A stretch of DNA of 64,000 nt from Eledone cirrhosa. Its lineage: Eukaryota. Location: NCBI GenBank assembly GCA_964016885.1, contig OZ024745.1, forward strand, positions 12,524,001 through 12,588,000. The letters run 5' to 3'. The notes below the pieces were generated by a model, which searched no databases, was not told the origin of the DNA, and worked only from the letters and a program-made list of their open reading frames with translations. A program made the position numbers and the translations under genes. Positions 61,377 to 64,000 of the stretch are shown here, one piece after another; the first letter of the stretch is position 1, and each line of letters opens with the position of its first letter.

Positions 61377-63300
61377 CAGTTTCCCCTGACTTTTGAAAGA
61401 ATTAAGTTAATGAGGAATGTCTTTCCTGTTCCAACTGGAGCATCAATGAAAATCAATGCAGATGTGTTCCTCTCTAAACTGTTAGAAACGAAGTCGTACA
61501 CGTGTTTTTGTTCACTATTCAATAGAGGCTCCGTCTCTTCTACAAATCGTCGCTGCTCTTCTCTGCTGTATTGTAATTCATGCAATAACTCCAAATTGCC
61601 AATATCCTGATTACCAACAATATTATTTGGCCCTGGCAAGTTAAAGTCACTAAGACTTTTGCCCAGGTCGATAGGTTTGTCTTCAAAATACAGAAGACAT
61701 TGATCATAATGTCTCTCGTTAATCAAAACTTTAGAGTTTCTGGTATCCCTTTTTTTTCTATTTGAAGGTAATCCTCAGACAGCGAATGCTTAAATCGAGC
61801 CCATAAAGCATTGGAATTGTCAAATTCCGTATTTGTGAGGAGCACGATGAATAGATCTCTCATGGCTTTGGGAAGCGTTGTTCGCTCAGCATCTTCCAGA
61901 GTCTGCTGCCAATGATCATCCGATTGAAGCAAACCTTTCTATCTGCAGACGTCTTTGAATAAGGGCAGGAGTCCTCCATCACACATTTTCAAAGAGTTGA
62001 AGGATACTGGCCCTTTGACGTGATGCATAAGGAGTCTTAAATAATACAGGTCACCACTTCGTGAGGAAACAGTGTATACTCGTCCCAAAATGTTCGCCTA
62101 AAAATCCCTGGATACTGCTCAACTGTTTTCCCCACCTTTCTCCTTTTCCACCTCTTATTACTCCAAGTGTAAAACTTTGGCACATCGGCATAATACAATG
62201 TTTTTGCAAACGGATCGCGATCGCAAAGATCCATGAACTCAGTCAGAGTCGTCTTAGCCATGTTATTGTTTACTTTAACAGCAGCATTGACCCGAAAGAA
62301 GATTTGATTTTCCTCAGGTAGATGAACTTGAAGGCGAACTACGGCCGGTTCTCTCTCATGAATTGGAAATCCAAGTACCAAGGCAACAGCTTCTGAAGGA
62401 CTGATATATCTTCCTATTAAATACTGTATTATCTCATCTTCCCTGTTCACTCCAAACATTGCCTGATCACTGCCCTTCATGGTATATTTGATAACGTATT
62501 TGATCGATTTCACAGAAGAGCACATCTCTACGTTTAGGTGGCAGTTGAACAGTTTTAATAGTTTCATATTGTAGAGAACCACCCATTCCGAAGTTATATT
62601 TCAGCTTCCCCTTCCTTCTTGGTGTCCCTCAAATCCTCCCATTCCCGGAGACCGTCTTCTGTACACAGGATAAGAGTCCTCTCCACACAATGTATATTCA
62701 TTGAAATGCTTAGGGTGCGGCTTACTGCACGTTCCATCTTTCCAACACGGCGAATTGTTAGAGCAATTCGGACCGTGGATCATGTGATTCAGCACCAATT
62801 CATGACCCTCTGGATCTGGTATTTCGGCTTGAACAAATTTATCGTATTCCTGCGGTCTGGGCTTGGAGGCTTCATTGAGCCATAGCAAACAGTGCACACG
62901 AGGAAGACCTCACTTTTGATATTCGACTGTCAGCATGTAAGCAATGCACTTGCCAAATAGGCCATCTACTCCAGTAATATACTTTCTTAACAGTTTAGCT
63001 TCAGATCAAATACTCTGGCAATTAAATCTGGCCTGTAATGTGGCTTCTGATTCAGGAATAGGTTTTGCTGGATATCGGGCCAGTTTGGATTGCATGTCAT
63101 TGTGATGAAGAACGAAGGATTGCCGTACTTCCGTATGTACATCATGGCGTCCTGGCATCGTTCCATCATATATCTCGGTCCACCGACAGATGTGGAAGAG
63201 AGTATGATTCGCCTGCCAATATTGCGAAAATCGTCATCATCATTCAATGCGTCAATAAGGCCCTTGTATGTTGTAGATCGCGAAGAAGAAGAAGAAGTGC
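61377..63300 (-). mobile_element. Decayed autonomous Helitron Rep/Helicase fragment
   Basis: GGPRYM...FFITMTCNPNW (Rep motif 1), VEYQK*GLPRVHCLLWL (HUH), HLNVE...IKYVIKYTMKG (motif 3), GRYISPSEA, FIDAPVGTGKTFL (PIF1 Walker A); frameshifted and truncated at (CA)n. Confidence 0.92.
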
Positions 63301-63589
63301 CGGATCATTGATCATTAGGTGCCAGAAAAGCGGTGTTACACCCGTGTATTCAGATGCAGATTTATAGCCAAACAAATAAATATTTTAAGCTCACTATTAA
63401 AGAATTACCTCCCTTGCATCGTAGAGCAAAGTAAAAGGATCTCCGTCGGTTTCATTGGATCAACGAAATGGCCTGCTCGTTAAAATAACGTGTAAGTGGC
63501 TGAGTATTCACAATACACATGCACCTTGAATGTAATTCTCAGGGAGATTCAGCGCGACATTCTACCTATTTGAATTAGAGGTAAAGTCC

Positions 63590-63745
63590 ACCCAACGCGA
63601 TTCCAAGCAGTTTCCATCCACCTAATTCCACTGACAAGGTTTGGGTCAACACAAAGCTATAGTAAAATAAATTTTCCGCAGATGCCACACACTGGAATCA
63701 AACTATGAACCTCACAATTGTGAAACAAACTTGTTAACAATTCAA
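63590..63745 (-). mobile_element. Old tRNA-SINE fragment; 63770-64000 is a repeat related to 34390-34640
   Basis: aattccactgacaagg...gctatagtaa...tgccacacactggaatcaaac; shared atatgg.cccgtaactcc and ggtctgaatacagca blocks. Confidence 0.5.
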
Positions 63746-64000
63746 CTATGTTACAATCATCAGTTCTCTAATTTAGAATTACTTCCCTTTCATTGTAATC
63801 TTTTCATATATGGTATATATGGTCCCGTAACTCCCGATGAACGGCTGCCATATTGACAAGCGCTGTTTCTTAGGGCATATTTTCAAAACCTAGCGGAGTT
63901 CATCTCTTTTCCTGGTCTGAATACAGCAAATTTCTTCCAAAGTAGGATAGGAAGTGAGAGAATAGAAGTGTGAAAGAGATATAGAGGAAGAATCGACTCC

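Overview
Eukaryotic, extremely repeat-rich DNA, most likely an Octopus/cephalopod genome. This is inferred from the tRNA-SINE at 33997-34214, the RTE LINEs and the long (TA)n/(GT)n/(ACC)n tracts. No prokaryotic genes or CRISPR arrays are present, and most ORF-track entries are microsatellite artefacts. Transposon content: the 3' half of a Ty3/Gypsy element, several decayed RTE LINEs, CRE, L1/Tx1 and RNase H LINE relics, one decayed autonomous and several non-autonomous Helitrons, a long-TIR DNA element, and an intact-ORF Penelope-like element (PLE; RT + GIY-YIG, 55244-60206) with tandem and inverted pseudo-LTRs. There is also an ~8.6 kb segmental duplication (18.6-27.2 kb vs 36.3-44.2 kb) and a tandem (ACC)n-rich macro-repeat. 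Two less ordinary signals stand out. (1) About 13 hammerhead-ribozyme motifs from about 8 distinct sequence families lie next to (TA)n tracts, several as head-to-head inverted pairs in short non-coding elements; one pair flanks promoter-like motifs and one has a U3-A8 core variant. (2) A candidate spliced host gene of phase-1 charged/acidic exons (5961-8337) is followed by an Asp/Ala/Asn/Thr coding-like tract that grades out of a hexamer satellite. All calls were made by eye; no database search or folding program was run.
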